A DNA stretch of 64,000 bases from an uncultured Chloroflexia bacterium. Its GTDB lineage: Bacteria; Chloroflexota; UBA6077; JACCZL01. The position numbers and the translations under genes are program-made. Positions 49,062-59,145 of this stretch are shown piece by piece. The stretch is from assembly GCA_963765765.1 (NCBI GenBank), contig CAVXYC010000010.1, positions 32,001 to 96,000 of the forward strand, written 5' to 3'. Positions within the stretch are counted from its first letter, which is position 1. Each line of letters starts with the position of its first letter. The notes under the pieces are model-generated. The model was not told the DNA's origin. It made no database searches and saw nothing but the letters and a program-made list of their open reading frames with translations.

Positions 49062-51485
49062 CTAGCGATTGTTGTTGCGCTGAGACGTTGGCTGCGCGGC
49101 GGGTTTTGACGCAGGTGTCGGCTGGCGAGGAGCCTGGGTTGGCGCAGCCCTCGCCTCGGTAGGCCTTGGCGTTGGCTGGTTATTCGGCCGTGCGCTCGTC
49201 GTCGGATTCGACTGAACCTGATTCTGAGGCGGCTGATTTCCCTGTGCCGGACCGGCTTGCGTTGGGACGGCGCCGTTTGTCGTCGTTGTTGGACGGGGAG
49301 CCTCTGGAGCGGGCTGAGCCGTTGCCCGTGGCTGCACGGTTGTCTGTGGCTGTGGCTGCACGTTTGTCCGTGGCTGCACGTTTGTCTGTGGTGGCGGCGC
49401 GGCGCCAGGCAGGTAGACGCGATTCTGTTTTGGCGCCCGCTCATACGGGAATACGTCCTGATAGCACTGAGAGACACCTGGCCGCATCTGTGCGTCGCCG
49501 CAGACCTCGGTGGTGATCAGCCCATCGGGGCGCTGGAAGTCCTCTGGTGGAAGCTGGAGAAGTTCAGCCGATGCATCCAGAGATTCGCGCCACACCTTAC
49601 CAGCGCTCATGGAGCTTAGCACTTCCTTCATTGGATGGCCGTCACTGTTGCCAACCCAGGCGATTACTGCGAGGTTCGGCGTATAACCCGCCGTCCAGGT
49701 ATCCCGGAAGTTGTCCGTCGTCCCCGTCTTGACGGCCGCGGGCCTCGTTGTCTTCAGCATACTGTTGGGACCGTATGTGACCAGACGCGCGTCGTTGTCA
49801 CGCAGAATGTCCGTCACCATGAAGGCCGCTCGGGGATCAACGACTTGCTCGCCCTGGGGAACGCGGTAGTCCTCGATGACGTTTCCGTCCGCATCGATAA
49901 GTTTTGAGATACCAACGAGCGGGATGTAGCGGCCGTTGTTGGCCAGCGTTGAGTAGACACCCGCAAGCTCCAAGGGACGAACCTCGGCGCCGCCTAGTGT
50001 CAGGCTAAGGCCCAGACGCGCGCGATCGTTCCAGGTAGTGATCCCGATCTTCTTGGCGAGCTCCAGGACCCCGTCCAGCCCCACGTGCTCGAGGACCTTC
50101 ACGGCTGGGATGTTGAGTGAGTTACCGAGCGCCGAGCGCAGCGTCACCGATCCGTAGAACCGCCTGTCGAAGTTCAGCGGCCTCCACGAGCGACCCAGAT
50201 CGTCGACGAGATTGATGGGCTCGTCTTTGACCTGGGTGGAGGGCAAGTAATCACGCGCGAACGATGCCATGTAGACGAGGGGCTTGATTGACGATCCGGG
50301 CTGTCGTTCGGAAACGGTCACGTTGACTTGACCGTCGATCTCGTCATTGTTGTAATCGACACTCCCCACCATGGCGAGGACTTCACCCGTTTTGGGGTTC
50401 ACGGCGACGATGGATGTGTTGTTGGCATCGCGCTGGGCAAGCATATCGGCGTTGGATTGGGCCACTTCCTGGAGTCGGTTCTGGAGATCAAGATCGAGGG
50501 TGGTTATGATCTTGAGGCCGCCATACGAGAGGAACTTTGGACCGTACTTTTGCTCGACCTGATCGCGGATGTACATGACCCAGTGCGGAGCCAGAAAGTC
50601 GCGCTTGATCTGTTTGTAGACGAGACGCTCTTGCCTCGCCTGTTCGGATTCGGCCTCAGTGATGAAGCCGTTTCGTTCCATTTGATCGAGCACATAGATC
50701 TGGCGCTCTTTGGCGGCGACTGGATTCCGGTACGGATCGTACCCAGCGGGTGCCTGAGCCAGGCCCGCGATAAGCGCACTCTCGGCGAGTGTCAGGTCCC
50801 GAGCGGATTTCGCAAAATACGTCTCCGCGGCGGCTTCCACCCCATAAGCCATATTTCCGTAGTAGATCTCATTGAGATACATCTGAAGGATTTGGCTCTT
50901 GGTCAGTTTCTGGGTGAGCTGATACGCCAGCAGTGCTTCTTTGACCTTGCGCGACATGCTGCGATCGAACCGCTCTTCGGTCGTCATGAACACGTGACGG
51001 ACAAGCTGCTGAGTGATAGTACTGGCGCCAGAGACTAGCTCCTGCTCAGAGAAGTTCTGCCAGACCGCGCGAGCGATGCCCTTAGGGTCGATGCCGGGGT
51101 TGGTGTAGAAGTTGGCGTCCTCGGCAGCGAGGCTGGCGTCGATCAGCCACTGAGAGATCTCGGAGAGCGGTACAACCGTTCGTCGTCCGCCTTCTGAGTC
51201 ATAGAACTCCCAGAGAAGTTTGCCCTTACGATCATAGATCTGAGCGGTCTTGAATGTCTGCCGATTGTCGATCGTGGAGAGCGCTGGCAGATCCTGGTTC
51301 AGCGTGGCGTATCCGGCTGCCGCGGCCGAGATGGCGCCAAAGATACTGAAAATGACCCCGGACAGGGCAACAATGACACCGACACTGGTGAAGAGAAGCA
51401 GCCATTTCCAGCCGCGGTTGCTGGGCTTTCGCTTCTTCCGCGTTGCTCTTATGCCGTGCCCGTTCGAGCGCATGCGCGTTGCCAT
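49062..51485 (-). CDS. class A penicillin-binding protein (PBP1A family)
   Basis: AAEDANFY, GASTITQQL, RKVKE, QPGSSIKP, SLN, KTGT; Pro/Gln-rich tail. Confidence 0.95.
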   Translation of the reverse strand: MATRMRSNGHGIRATRKKRKPSNRGWKWLLLFTSVGVIVALSGVIFSIFGAISAAAAGYATLNQDLPALSTIDNRQTFKTAQIYDRKGKLLWEFYDSEGGRRTVVPLSEISQWLIDASLAAEDANFYTNPGIDPKGIARAVWQNFSEQELVSGASTITQQLVRHVFMTTEERFDRSMSRKVKEALLAYQLTQKLTKSQILQMYLNEIYYGNMAYGVEAAAETYFAKSARDLTLAESALIAGLAQAPAGYDPYRNPVAAKERQIYVLDQMERNGFITEAESEQARQERLVYKQIKRDFLAPHWVMYIRDQVEQKYGPKFLSYGGLKIITTLDLDLQNRLQEVAQSNADMLAQRDANNTSIVAVNPKTGEVLAMVGSVDYNNDEIDGQVNVTVSERQPGSSIKPLVYMASFARDYLPSTQVKDEPINLVDDLGRSWRPLNFDRRFYGSVTLRSALGNSLNIPAVKVLEHVGLDGVLELAKKIGITTWNDRARLGLSLTLGGAEVRPLELAGVYSTLANNGRYIPLVGISKLIDADGNVIEDYRVPQGEQVVDPRAAFMVTDILRDNDARLVTYGPNSMLKTTRPAAVKTGTTDNFRDTWTAGYTPNLAVIAWVGNSDGHPMKEVLSSMSAGKVWRESLDASAELLQLPPEDFQRPDGLITTEVCGDAQMRPGVSQCYQDVFPYERAPKQNRVYLPGAAPPPQTNVQPRTNVQPQPQTTVQPRATAQPAPEAPRPTTTTNGAVPTQAGPAQGNQPPQNQVQSNPTTSARPNNQPTPRPTEARAAPTQAPRQPTPASKPAAQPTSQRNNNR

Positions 51486-51631
51486 TAAATGATCACTAGT
51501 CCCCGCGGGGCCTTTTAGTAAGCAAGAACGCGGCCGGCCCCCCAGATGTTAGCACGATGGTGTGCGGTCCCTGCCCAATTCGGTCACTGTCGTGACAGCA
51601 CTGTGATGGTTCGGCCAGCACTTGTGCGGCC

Positions 51632-53371
51632 CTAATCAACATCGTCCGGATGCCCGATGATCGTCTGCTCGTTTACATAACGAACGAGTCCTGGAGGGGC
51701 CCCCCGAATTTTGCGAACGTTGCGCACGGCTGTGTGATCCACTGGCACGGCGCCCGCGCTACGTCCACGGGAGTATTTTGCGGCGAGATCCGCGGCCATC
51801 TGGAGCGCGGCTGCGCTTGGTGGATGAGTAGCGCCTCGGAGAATGACGTGCGCGCCGGGCTCACCGCGAGCATGAAACCAGATGTCATCGGGCGCGGCGA
51901 CCTTGAATGTGACTCGCTCGTTCATCGTGCCGTTCGTTCCCACCAGGATCGTGAAGCCATCAGAACTCTGATATCTCCGCGGCTGGGGCTCTTGTGACAC
52001 ACGGCGCTTCTTTGGCGGCTCTTGTGCAGACCCATGAAAGGTGTCTAGCTCCCGCGAGATCTGGCGATGCGTGGATTGCGCGTCGTTCGCTTCGGCCATT
52101 GCCAGCAGGCTCTCCAAATACTCGATTCGATGCGCCGAATGCTCCTGCAGCTCCGGCACATGCGCAGCGGCGTCACGTCGCTTGCGATAGTCGCTGAAGT
52201 ACCCGTTGGCCACTTCGATTGGGCTACGCGGCGGATCAAGCGGAACCGTGAGCCCATTGAACTCGAGCGACGTAGCACCTGCCGGAATCGACGACAACGA
52301 TGCGAAAATCGCCTCACCAAAGAGCCGAAGTCGTTCGATCTCTTCCTCGGCAGGTATCTCGCGTGAGAGCGCGCCCTCGCGTCGCCGCTCCACCTCAATG
52401 ACTTCACGAATCCTACGGCTGACCTCGGCCGCGGAGCGCGAGACGCGTTGACGAGCGGGGCCGACTGAGAATGCTGCCTCGATGGCGGCACTCATGGATT
52501 CATTGACCTGGATGCGGACGTCTGGAGTCGATTCCAGAAAGTACGGGCGGTAGGGTGTCAGCGAGATTGGCGCGTCTTCGAAGTAGGCAACATTCGGTTC
52601 AACGATGCCGGACTCAATTGCCTCCACGAACCCTCGCACGGTTGTGGCGATAGCATCCCACGAGCTCGTATCCCCGATGGTCAATTCGTGCACGTCAGCG
52701 CGATATGCTACCTCGCGCGCGGCGTTGGGGCTGAATCCCGCGACCAAGCGCGCCAGGGCGTCCGAGACGGAAAGGGTCCGCGCCAGATCATTGGCCGCCG
52801 CTTTCAGTTCTTCCGCAAGGTCGGGGTTTGATGGATCGAGCCGATCCTGAGGTGGGGGCGGCACATAGGGCAGACGAGGCAAAACGGGACGCTGAGGTGA
52901 CCTGGATGGCGGCGTGCGACGAAGCGCTTCGAGAATGAGGTCGTTTTCATCCACCAGAATTGCGTTGCTGCGCCTACCCATCGTTTCTATAATCAGCCCA
53001 CACGTGCGAATCTCGCCGTCGTCTTTCGTGGTAACCTCGAAACGGAGAAGCCGTTCGAGTCGTGGCTGCGTAATCTGTACGACCCGACCCCCGCGGACGT
53101 GCTTTCGAAGCTGAAGCAGCATTGGCGATTCGACAACAGCGGACGGCTCAGATTTCTGAGTGGTGAGATGCATTCGGGTCGCATCATCGCCAATGTGACA
53201 GAACAAACGACGACGGAGATGATGGGCGTAAATCTCGAGACTCAACTCATTCGCTCGAACCTCTACTCGCTGCACGGCGCCGCCAAGGACGCCGGCCTCC
53301 AGCTCTTGACGAAGAGCGGTGGCGCACAACGCGTCGAAAGACGGTCGAAGACGACTGAAGTCGAGATTCAT
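51632..53371 (-). CDS. rqcH: Rqc2/NFACT (FbpA) ribosome quality control protein
   Basis: LRKHVRGG, ETMGRRSNAILVD, DIWFHARGEPGAHVIL, PPGLV.Y; real start probably 53371. Confidence 0.88.
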   Translation of the reverse strand: MNLDFSRLRPSFDALCATALRQELEAGVLGGAVQRVEVRANELSLEIYAHHLRRRLFCHIGDDATRMHLTTQKSEPSAVVESPMLLQLRKHVRGGRVVQITQPRLERLLRFEVTTKDDGEIRTCGLIIETMGRRSNAILVDENDLILEALRRTPPSRSPQRPVLPRLPYVPPPPQDRLDPSNPDLAEELKAAANDLARTLSVSDALARLVAGFSPNAAREVAYRADVHELTIGDTSSWDAIATTVRGFVEAIESGIVEPNVAYFEDAPISLTPYRPYFLESTPDVRIQVNESMSAAIEAAFSVGPARQRVSRSAAEVSRRIREVIEVERRREGALSREIPAEEEIERLRLFGEAIFASLSSIPAGATSLEFNGLTVPLDPPRSPIEVANGYFSDYRKRRDAAAHVPELQEHSAHRIEYLESLLAMAEANDAQSTHRQISRELDTFHGSAQEPPKKRRVSQEPQPRRYQSSDGFTILVGTNGTMNERVTFKVAAPDDIWFHARGEPGAHVILRGATHPPSAAALQMAADLAAKYSRGRSAGAVPVDHTAVRNVRKIRGAPPGLVRYVNEQTIIGHPDDVD

Positions 53372-53392
53372 GGCTGGGTGGCGCGCTAACTC

Positions 53393-54046
53393 ATGGACCA
53401 GGAGGCGCCCGTCCGAACCGTCGAGACCGCAAACGGTACAGCTATGGGTGCCAGAGCCAGCGGGCTCGTCTTTATTCTCTCCGGTCCATCGGGTGTTGGC
53501 AAAGACGCCATTCGTGCACAGCTTCAAAAAGAGGATTTTCCAATCACCTTTTGTGTGACGGCAACGAGCCGTGTCCCTCGCCCGGGGGAAATCGATGGCG
53601 TGCACTATCGATTCATCAGGGTCGATGATTTCGAGACGATGGAAGCCTCTGGCGACCTTCTGGAGCATGCCATCGTTCACGGCCGACATTATGGTGTGCC
53701 ACTTCGCCACGTGCGCGAGGGCCTGGAAGTTGGGAAAGACCTTTTTGTTACCGTGGACGTGCAAGGGGGGGAGACAGTGCGGCGCAAGCTCTCCCGAGCG
53801 ATCACGATATTCCTTGCGCCTCCGTCCTTGGATGCATTGCTTCCTCGTTTAGCCAGCCGTGGCACCGAAGACGAAGCGGAACGTGCCGTGCGATTGGCAA
53901 CGGCGGCGAAAGAGATGGAGCGCATGCCGTTTTACGACTACGTCGTAGTGAACGAGCAGGGTCGCTTGCTCGACGCCGTAGAAAAGATCAAGGCGATCAT
54001 CGTCGCCGAACGCTGCCGCGTTCAACCCAGCCTCGTCGAGCTCTAA
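53393..54046 (+). CDS. gmk: guanylate kinase
   Basis: SGPSGVGKD, TSR.PRPGEIDG.HY, DVQG, YDYVVVN. Confidence 0.96.
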   Translation: MDQEAPVRTVETANGTAMGARASGLVFILSGPSGVGKDAIRAQLQKEDFPITFCVTATSRVPRPGEIDGVHYRFIRVDDFETMEASGDLLEHAIVHGRHYGVPLRHVREGLEVGKDLFVTVDVQGGETVRRKLSRAITIFLAPPSLDALLPRLASRGTEDEAERAVRLATAAKEMERMPFYDYVVVNEQGRLLDAVEKIKAIIVAERCRVQPSLVEL

Positions 54047-54056
54047 TCCACGCCCT

Positions 54057-56075
54057 GTGCCCTACCTCGAGATAGGTCTCGATCTCGGTGGAGCCAGGGG
54101 CGACCAGCTCACCTATCGAGCAGCGGAAACGGACGGCCCGGTGGTGGGCTCGTTGGTGCTGGTGTCCGTGCGCGGACGTACATCAATTGGTGTCGTGCTG
54201 CGGGAGGTTGAGCCACCGGATTTCGACACCCGTGAGATCGACCGAATCGCCTCGCCAGTCACAATCCCCAGCACTCACTTAGAGCTCGCAGGCTGGATGT
54301 CAAGGCACTACCGTGTGCCCAGGTTTGAGTGTCTGAAGCTGGCTTTTCCGCCCGGCCTCGAGGCGCGCGCGCGTCGCGGAGCGCCGAATCTCACTTCGTG
54401 GCCTCACTCCGACGATCAGCCGAGCTCGACGACTGAGCTCGGGACGCGTGCCGCATTGAGCCGGGATCAGCAGGACGCCTGCGAATTGATTGCCGCTTCG
54501 ATTCGCGCGCGTCACTCGGATGTATTCGTACTTCACGGCGTCACGGGTAGCGGGAAAACTCACGTCTTCCTCGAAGCGGCGGACGAAGCAATCAAGGTTG
54601 GATCGCAAGTGGTTGTGCTGGTCAGTGATATCTCGCTGACCCCAGAGCTCCTGGCTCGGATCGAGCGAAGGTTTCCCGGTCGGGTTGCCGTGCTCCATAG
54701 CTCGATCGCGGAAGGGGCGCGAGCGCGCACCTGGCGCGCCATTCATGATGGTGCTCTTTCAGTGGTTGTTGGTACGCGCTCAGCGTTGTTTGCTCCGGTG
54801 CATCGTTTAGGCCTCATTGTCCTGGATGAGGAACACGAGCCGAGCTACAAGCAAGATGCCACGCCTCGATATCACGCACGAGATACCGCGATAGAGCTGG
54901 GACGCATCGCCCGAGTGCCGGTGGTGTTGAGTAGCGCCACGCCTGATATCACGACGTACTACCGTGCAGAGCAGAATGAGTATCGACTGCTCACTCTCCC
55001 TGAGCGTGTGAGCGGCTCAAAGCAGGGGCGTATTGTTCGGGCGCCGCTGCCGTACGTTGAGATCGTCGATCTGCGTCAAGAGCTGAGAGCCGGCCACGCC
55101 GGGCTCATCAGTCGATCCTTGCAAGACAACCTGGAACGAACGTTGGCGGCGGGACTCCAGTCGATGCTTTTCCTGAACCGGCGTGGGGCGGCGACTGCGC
55201 TCTCTTGCCGGGCGTGCGGTCAGGCCGTTGAATGTCGACGATGCGCCACCCCGATGGGTTACCACGAATCCCGCGGGATGCTTATCTGTCATCGATGCGG
55301 CCGGAAGCGCGACGTGCCGGACGCATGCCCACAGTGTGCCGAGGCTCGACTGATGCCGCTGGGCGCGGGCGTACAGAAAGTTGAAGCGGAAGCTCGTCGG
55401 AAGTTTCCATCGGCCAGAGTGATTCGCTGGGATCGAGACTCCACGAGCGCTCGAGGAGCGCACCAGGAGCTCTGGCGATCCTTTTCCGCGCACGAGTCTG
55501 ACATCCTGGTGGGCACTCAGATGATCGGAAAAGGACTCGATTTTCCGGACGTCGGCCTGGTTGGCATCGTCCTGGCAGAGTCGCAGCTATTCCTGCCGGA
55601 CTACCGCGCCGCGGAGCGGACATTCGAGATTCTGACGCAGGTGGCGGGACGGGCAGGACGTCGTTCCGAGCAGCCAGGGAGAGTTCTTCTCCAAACGTAC
55701 GTTCCCGAGCACTACGCTATTCGGGCGGCCGCTCGGCATGACTACCTGGATCTGTATCGCCGCGAGCTGGCGTTTCGCCGGCAACAAGCTTATCCGCCGT
55801 TCCGTCCGCTCATTCGACTCTTATATAGCGCCTCAAATGAGGGTGGCGTTCAGGAGGAGGCTGCGCGAATGGGATCGATACTGGAGGCGGAGTCTAAGCG
55901 TCTGGGGCTCGCCGATGTCCAGCTCATCGGACCGGCTCCGTCCTTTATTGCTCGCCTACGTGGCCGATATCGTTGGCACATTGTTCTCGCGGGAGCTGAC
56001 GGGTATCGTCTGCTCGATGCGGTCACGATAGGTCGAGGCTGGGTGGTGGACGTGGACCCGATGGATACCTTGTAG
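54057..56075 (+). CDS. priA: primosomal protein N'
   Basis: HGVTGSGKT, DEEH, LNRRG, four CxxC pairs, GTQMIGKGLDF, QVAGRAGR. Confidence 0.96.
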   Translation: MPYLEIGLDLGGARGDQLTYRAAETDGPVVGSLVLVSVRGRTSIGVVLREVEPPDFDTREIDRIASPVTIPSTHLELAGWMSRHYRVPRFECLKLAFPPGLEARARRGAPNLTSWPHSDDQPSSTTELGTRAALSRDQQDACELIAASIRARHSDVFVLHGVTGSGKTHVFLEAADEAIKVGSQVVVLVSDISLTPELLARIERRFPGRVAVLHSSIAEGARARTWRAIHDGALSVVVGTRSALFAPVHRLGLIVLDEEHEPSYKQDATPRYHARDTAIELGRIARVPVVLSSATPDITTYYRAEQNEYRLLTLPERVSGSKQGRIVRAPLPYVEIVDLRQELRAGHAGLISRSLQDNLERTLAAGLQSMLFLNRRGAATALSCRACGQAVECRRCATPMGYHESRGMLICHRCGRKRDVPDACPQCAEARLMPLGAGVQKVEAEARRKFPSARVIRWDRDSTSARGAHQELWRSFSAHESDILVGTQMIGKGLDFPDVGLVGIVLAESQLFLPDYRAAERTFEILTQVAGRAGRRSEQPGRVLLQTYVPEHYAIRAAARHDYLDLYRRELAFRRQQAYPPFRPLIRLLYSASNEGGVQEEAARMGSILEAESKRLGLADVQLIGPAPSFIARLRGRYRWHIVLAGADGYRLLDAVTIGRGWVVDVDPMDTL

Positions 56076-56174
56076 TGGTCATTCTCGAGGCTGGTTCGAG
56101 GCATGCGGTCGACCCTCATCGAAAGGTTGAGGGGGCCAGCCCGGGGTTATTGGACGAGGCGACTCCCGACCAGG

Positions 56175-56209
56175 CTCCTTCTCCCTTTGGGAGAGGGTTG
56201 GGATGAGGG
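56175..56209. repeat. CCCTTTGGGAGAGGG-type repeat, single copy
   Basis: ctccttctccctttgggagagggttgggatgaggg matches the left arm at 13390. Confidence 0.7.
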
Positions 56210-56217
56210 TGGACCGC

Positions 56218-56766
56218 ATGCCTCAACCGCAAACGGCACTCCTTACCCTGGTCACGGGCGGCATTCGCAGCGGGAAAAGTGAGCTCGCTGAACGCCTCGC
56301 GAGCGAGCTAGGTGAGCGGATCGCCTATGTGGCCACCGGCGCCGCAATTGACGCTGAGATGCGCGAGCGAATCGCGGCACATCAGCACAGGCGGCCATCG
56401 AGCTGGATCACCGTTGAAGCTGAAGGCGGACGGATCGCGGAGCTCATGGAGCCACACTCCGAGCACGTTGCCGGAATCTTGCTTGACGACCTTGGCGGTC
56501 TGGCTTCTTACGCAGTGCTCCACACCGACTCTATCGTAGCGGCCGAAGCATGGATGGAGCGAGAGGAGGAGAGCATCTTTTCGCTGCTGCAGACGAGGGC
56601 TCTTCCTGCAATCGCGGTGACAAGCGAGGTCGGACTCAGCCTCGTTCCGACGAACGACCTTGGCAGGCGTTTTACAGAGGTCCTGGGACGAGCCAATCAG
56701 CGCTGGGCAGGAGTCGCGACGAGCGTCACATTCATGGTCGCGGGGCTGCCCTGGAAACTGAAATAG
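56218..56766 (+). CDS. cobU: adenosylcobinamide kinase/phosphate guanylyltransferase
   Basis: TGGIRSGKS, YVAT, EM..RI..H..RR...W.T.E, EVG.S.VP, GRANQ. Confidence 0.92.
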   Translation: MPQPQTALLTLVTGGIRSGKSELAERLASELGERIAYVATGAAIDAEMRERIAAHQHRRPSSWITVEAEGGRIAELMEPHSEHVAGILLDDLGGLASYAVLHTDSIVAAEAWMEREEESIFSLLQTRALPAIAVTSEVGLSLVPTNDLGRRFTEVLGRANQRWAGVATSVTFMVAGLPWKLK

Positions 56767-56866
56767 GACCATTATTTCGGGCGGAAAATTCGCGATTGCC
56801 GAAATGGGGCAATTGCTACAATAGTCCAGTATTTCCCTTCGAGCCGTTCGCGACGTGAGGAGCAGC

Positions 56867-57385
56867 GTGAGCGCGGTACTCGTTCTCAACCAGAATTACG
56901 AGCCACTAAACGTGTGCAATACGCGACGTGCCGTGGTGCTCGTCGACGGTGGCAAGGCTGAGGTAGTGGAGCATGGGTCGGGGGAGCTGCGCGCGCCGAA
57001 TCGAGTGTTTCTGCGCCCTTCCGTGATCCGCATGGTGTATCTCATCAAGCGACCACGCCCAAAGGTTCGACTGACTCGTCGCGAGATTTTCATTCGAGAT
57101 CGATTCACGTGTCAGTATTGCGGGGTAAAGGGGCGTGACCTGACGCTGGATCATGTCATTCCGCGGCACCGTGGCGGTCGGCACAGTTGGGACAATCTCG
57201 TAAGTGCTTGTCGGTCATGCAATCACCGTAAGGGCGGAAAGATGCTCGAGGAGTCCCGCCTGACGCTCAGCCAGTTTCCGTTTGAGCCAAAAGCCAACAG
57301 CTTTTACCTCTTCGGTCAGTACCTCGACTCGTACGTTGAATGGTCCAAGTTCATCCCCGACGGTGGGCGGCTAAAGGCCAGCTAA
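56867..57385 (+). CDS. HNH endonuclease (McrA-like)
   Basis: VLVLN..YEPL, RD..TCQYCG, TLDHVIP, W.NLV.AC..CN..K. Confidence 0.92.
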   Translation: MSAVLVLNQNYEPLNVCNTRRAVVLVDGGKAEVVEHGSGELRAPNRVFLRPSVIRMVYLIKRPRPKVRLTRREIFIRDRFTCQYCGVKGRDLTLDHVIPRHRGGRHSWDNLVSACRSCNHRKGGKMLEESRLTLSQFPFEPKANSFYLFGQYLDSYVEWSKFIPDGGRLKAS

Positions 57386-57396
57386 TCGTAGGCTGC

Positions 57397-58062
57397 CTAA
57401 TTCGGGGAATCGAAGAACATCGTACGCAGCTCTTCCTCATGAGCGGAGCGAGTGAGCGCCAGCACCTGATCGCCACCTTCGAGCACTGTTGAACCCGTCG
57501 GGAAGATCGGCTGGCCTTCCCGAATAACGATGGCAATGGTACTCTCTCCGGGCATTGGAAGTGAGCGTAGCTCCTTGCCAACGAGCTGAGAGTCCGCCGC
57601 TATATCCGCTTCCACGAGCTCCACGTCCGCGTAACGCAGGTGTAGTAGCGGAATCAGGGAATCGCGCGGTATTTCCTGCTCAATAACCGAGAGCACGACA
57701 TCAGTTGCACTTACGGTGGCGTCGATGCCCAGGAGTCGAAAGATCTCCTGATTCTTCGGGTTGTTGATCCGTGCGATCGTGCGTCCTACGCTGAATCGCT
57801 TCTTTGCTACCTGGCACATCACCAGGTTGTCCTCGTCATCACCGGTCATTGCCAGCATGAGGTCCGCGCGCTCGGTACCCGCTTCGCCCAGCGTTCGCGC
57901 TTCGCACCCATCACCCACCATGACGACGTTTCCCAGCTCGTTGCTGATGATCTCTGCGCGCCGGCTGTCCTGCTCGATGATCAAGACCTCATGGCCCTGC
58001 TCGATAAGCTCTTTGGCAAGGTAGTAGCCGACTTTTCCGCCGCCACCGACAATCGCAAACAC
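57397..58062 (-). CDS. trkA: TrkA family K+ uptake regulatory subunit
   Basis: VGGGKVG, TGDDEDN, ARINNP, TrkA-C domain. Confidence 0.9.
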   Translation of the reverse strand: MFAIVGGGGKVGYYLAKELIEQGHEVLIIEQDSRRAEIISNELGNVVMVGDGCEARTLGEAGTERADLMLAMTGDDEDNLVMCQVAKKRFSVGRTIARINNPKNQEIFRLLGIDATVSATDVVLSVIEQEIPRDSLIPLLHLRYADVELVEADIAADSQLVGKELRSLPMPGESTIAIVIREGQPIFPTGSTVLEGGDQVLALTRSAHEEELRTMFFDSPN

Positions 58063-58066
58063 GGCG

Positions 58067-58480
58067 CTACTCCTCGGCCTTTTCAGCCATCAACCGGTCG
58101 TAGAGACTTTGGGCGCCAATGACTGTTGGAGAGACCGCATCAATACCCAGGGTCTGGTAGGTATCGCTTCGGATCGGGTCATAGATTCGAGTAACCACGC
58201 GTGGTACATGGAAGATGTACTTCGCCATCTGGGAGGCCATAATGTTGCGGTTATCCCCCTGCGTGACAGCCGCGAATGCGTCCACTCGTTCAATTCCCGC
58301 CCGCCGAAGTACGTCGACATCGATGCCGTTGCCGACAAGCGCCGTTCCAGTGAAGCCGGTGGGAAGGCGTTCAAACGCCCGCTCGTTGACGTCCAATACG
58401 GTGACTTCGTGTTGATCTTCGGCCAGGAGCGTGGCAAGTCGAGCGCCGACGCGGCCGCATCCCATGATGATGACTCGCAC
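58067..58480 (-). CDS. TrkA-N domain protein
   Basis: MGCGRVG, TQGDNRN, RIYDP. Confidence 0.9.
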   Translation of the reverse strand: MRVIIMGCGRVGARLATLLAEDQHEVTVLDVNERAFERLPTGFTGTALVGNGIDVDVLRRAGIERVDAFAAVTQGDNRNIMASQMAKYIFHVPRVVTRIYDPIRSDTYQTLGIDAVSPTVIGAQSLYDRLMAEKAEE

Positions 58481-58592
58481 TCAGCTCCTCCAGCCGATTG
58501 TGTAGCAGTTCAGGAATATCGGCGTGCCGAAAGCACTCATAGCTCAGAACCCGCTTCTTGGCTCAACGGCGCGGCCGTTGAATGCCTGATGC

Positions 58593-59042
58593 TTACCCGA
58601 TGGCCTGGCGGCAGATCCAGACGCGGCAGGGCGCATTCTTCAGTACGTAGGGTACCGTTTTGCCCATCGAGAATTCACCAAATCGCTTCTCGTAGTTAAT
58701 CCCCAGGAGGATCAGATCAACTTCTCTGTTGATGGCCTCATCGACGATCGCTGTACCGACGTCGCGCGCCTGGAGAAGCTCCGTCTGGATAGTTTCGTCT
58801 AGCTCGCCAGCTATCTCTTCGGCCCGGTCAAGTACTTCCTCGCCTCGAGAAGCTTCATTGGGCAGATCGGCGTCAAGGGGTAGGGACCGCTTGACCTCGA
58901 TGATGTAGATCGCGTGGACCTCTCCGCGATTGGCTCGGCCAATCTGACAAGCGAGTGCAACCATGTCGCGATCGGTGGGATTGCCATTGACTGGAACCAA
59001 AATCCTGCGGGCTTGGATCGGGTTGTCGTCACGGTTCGCCAT
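58593..59042 (-). CDS. universal stress protein
   Basis: RILVPV, DLILLG, G.T...VLKNAPCRV. Confidence 0.9.
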   Translation of the reverse strand: MANRDDNPIQARRILVPVNGNPTDRDMVALACQIGRANRGEVHAIYIIEVKRSLPLDADLPNEASRGEEVLDRAEEIAGELDETIQTELLQARDVGTAIVDEAINREVDLILLGINYEKRFGEFSMGKTVPYVLKNAPCRVWICRQAIG

Positions 59043-59145
59043 AATGCGTTCCGATTATATCACCGTCAGGAGTGGTTCCCGGCCATGACGGGCCCGTGTG
59101 ACGGAGTGGAGCCGTCGAACTTCCGTTCCGTCACTCGAGTACAAA

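Noticed and set aside
49300-49400. Tandem repeats in the PBP1A tail (TNVQP units)
   Set aside because: Ordinary low-complexity Pro/Gln linker coding sequence
53372-53764. N-terminal 131 aa of the 710-aa rqcH ORF
   Set aside because: Antisense shadow of gmk; NFACT similarity begins near 53371
56076-56217. Cobalamin riboswitch upstream of cobU
   Set aside because: Hairpins are present but no B12-box consensus; partly explained by the GGGAGAGGG repeat
56867-57385. HNH nuclease as a defence or homing element
   Set aside because: Looks like the common stand-alone McrA-like family in a housekeeping context, with no partner genes
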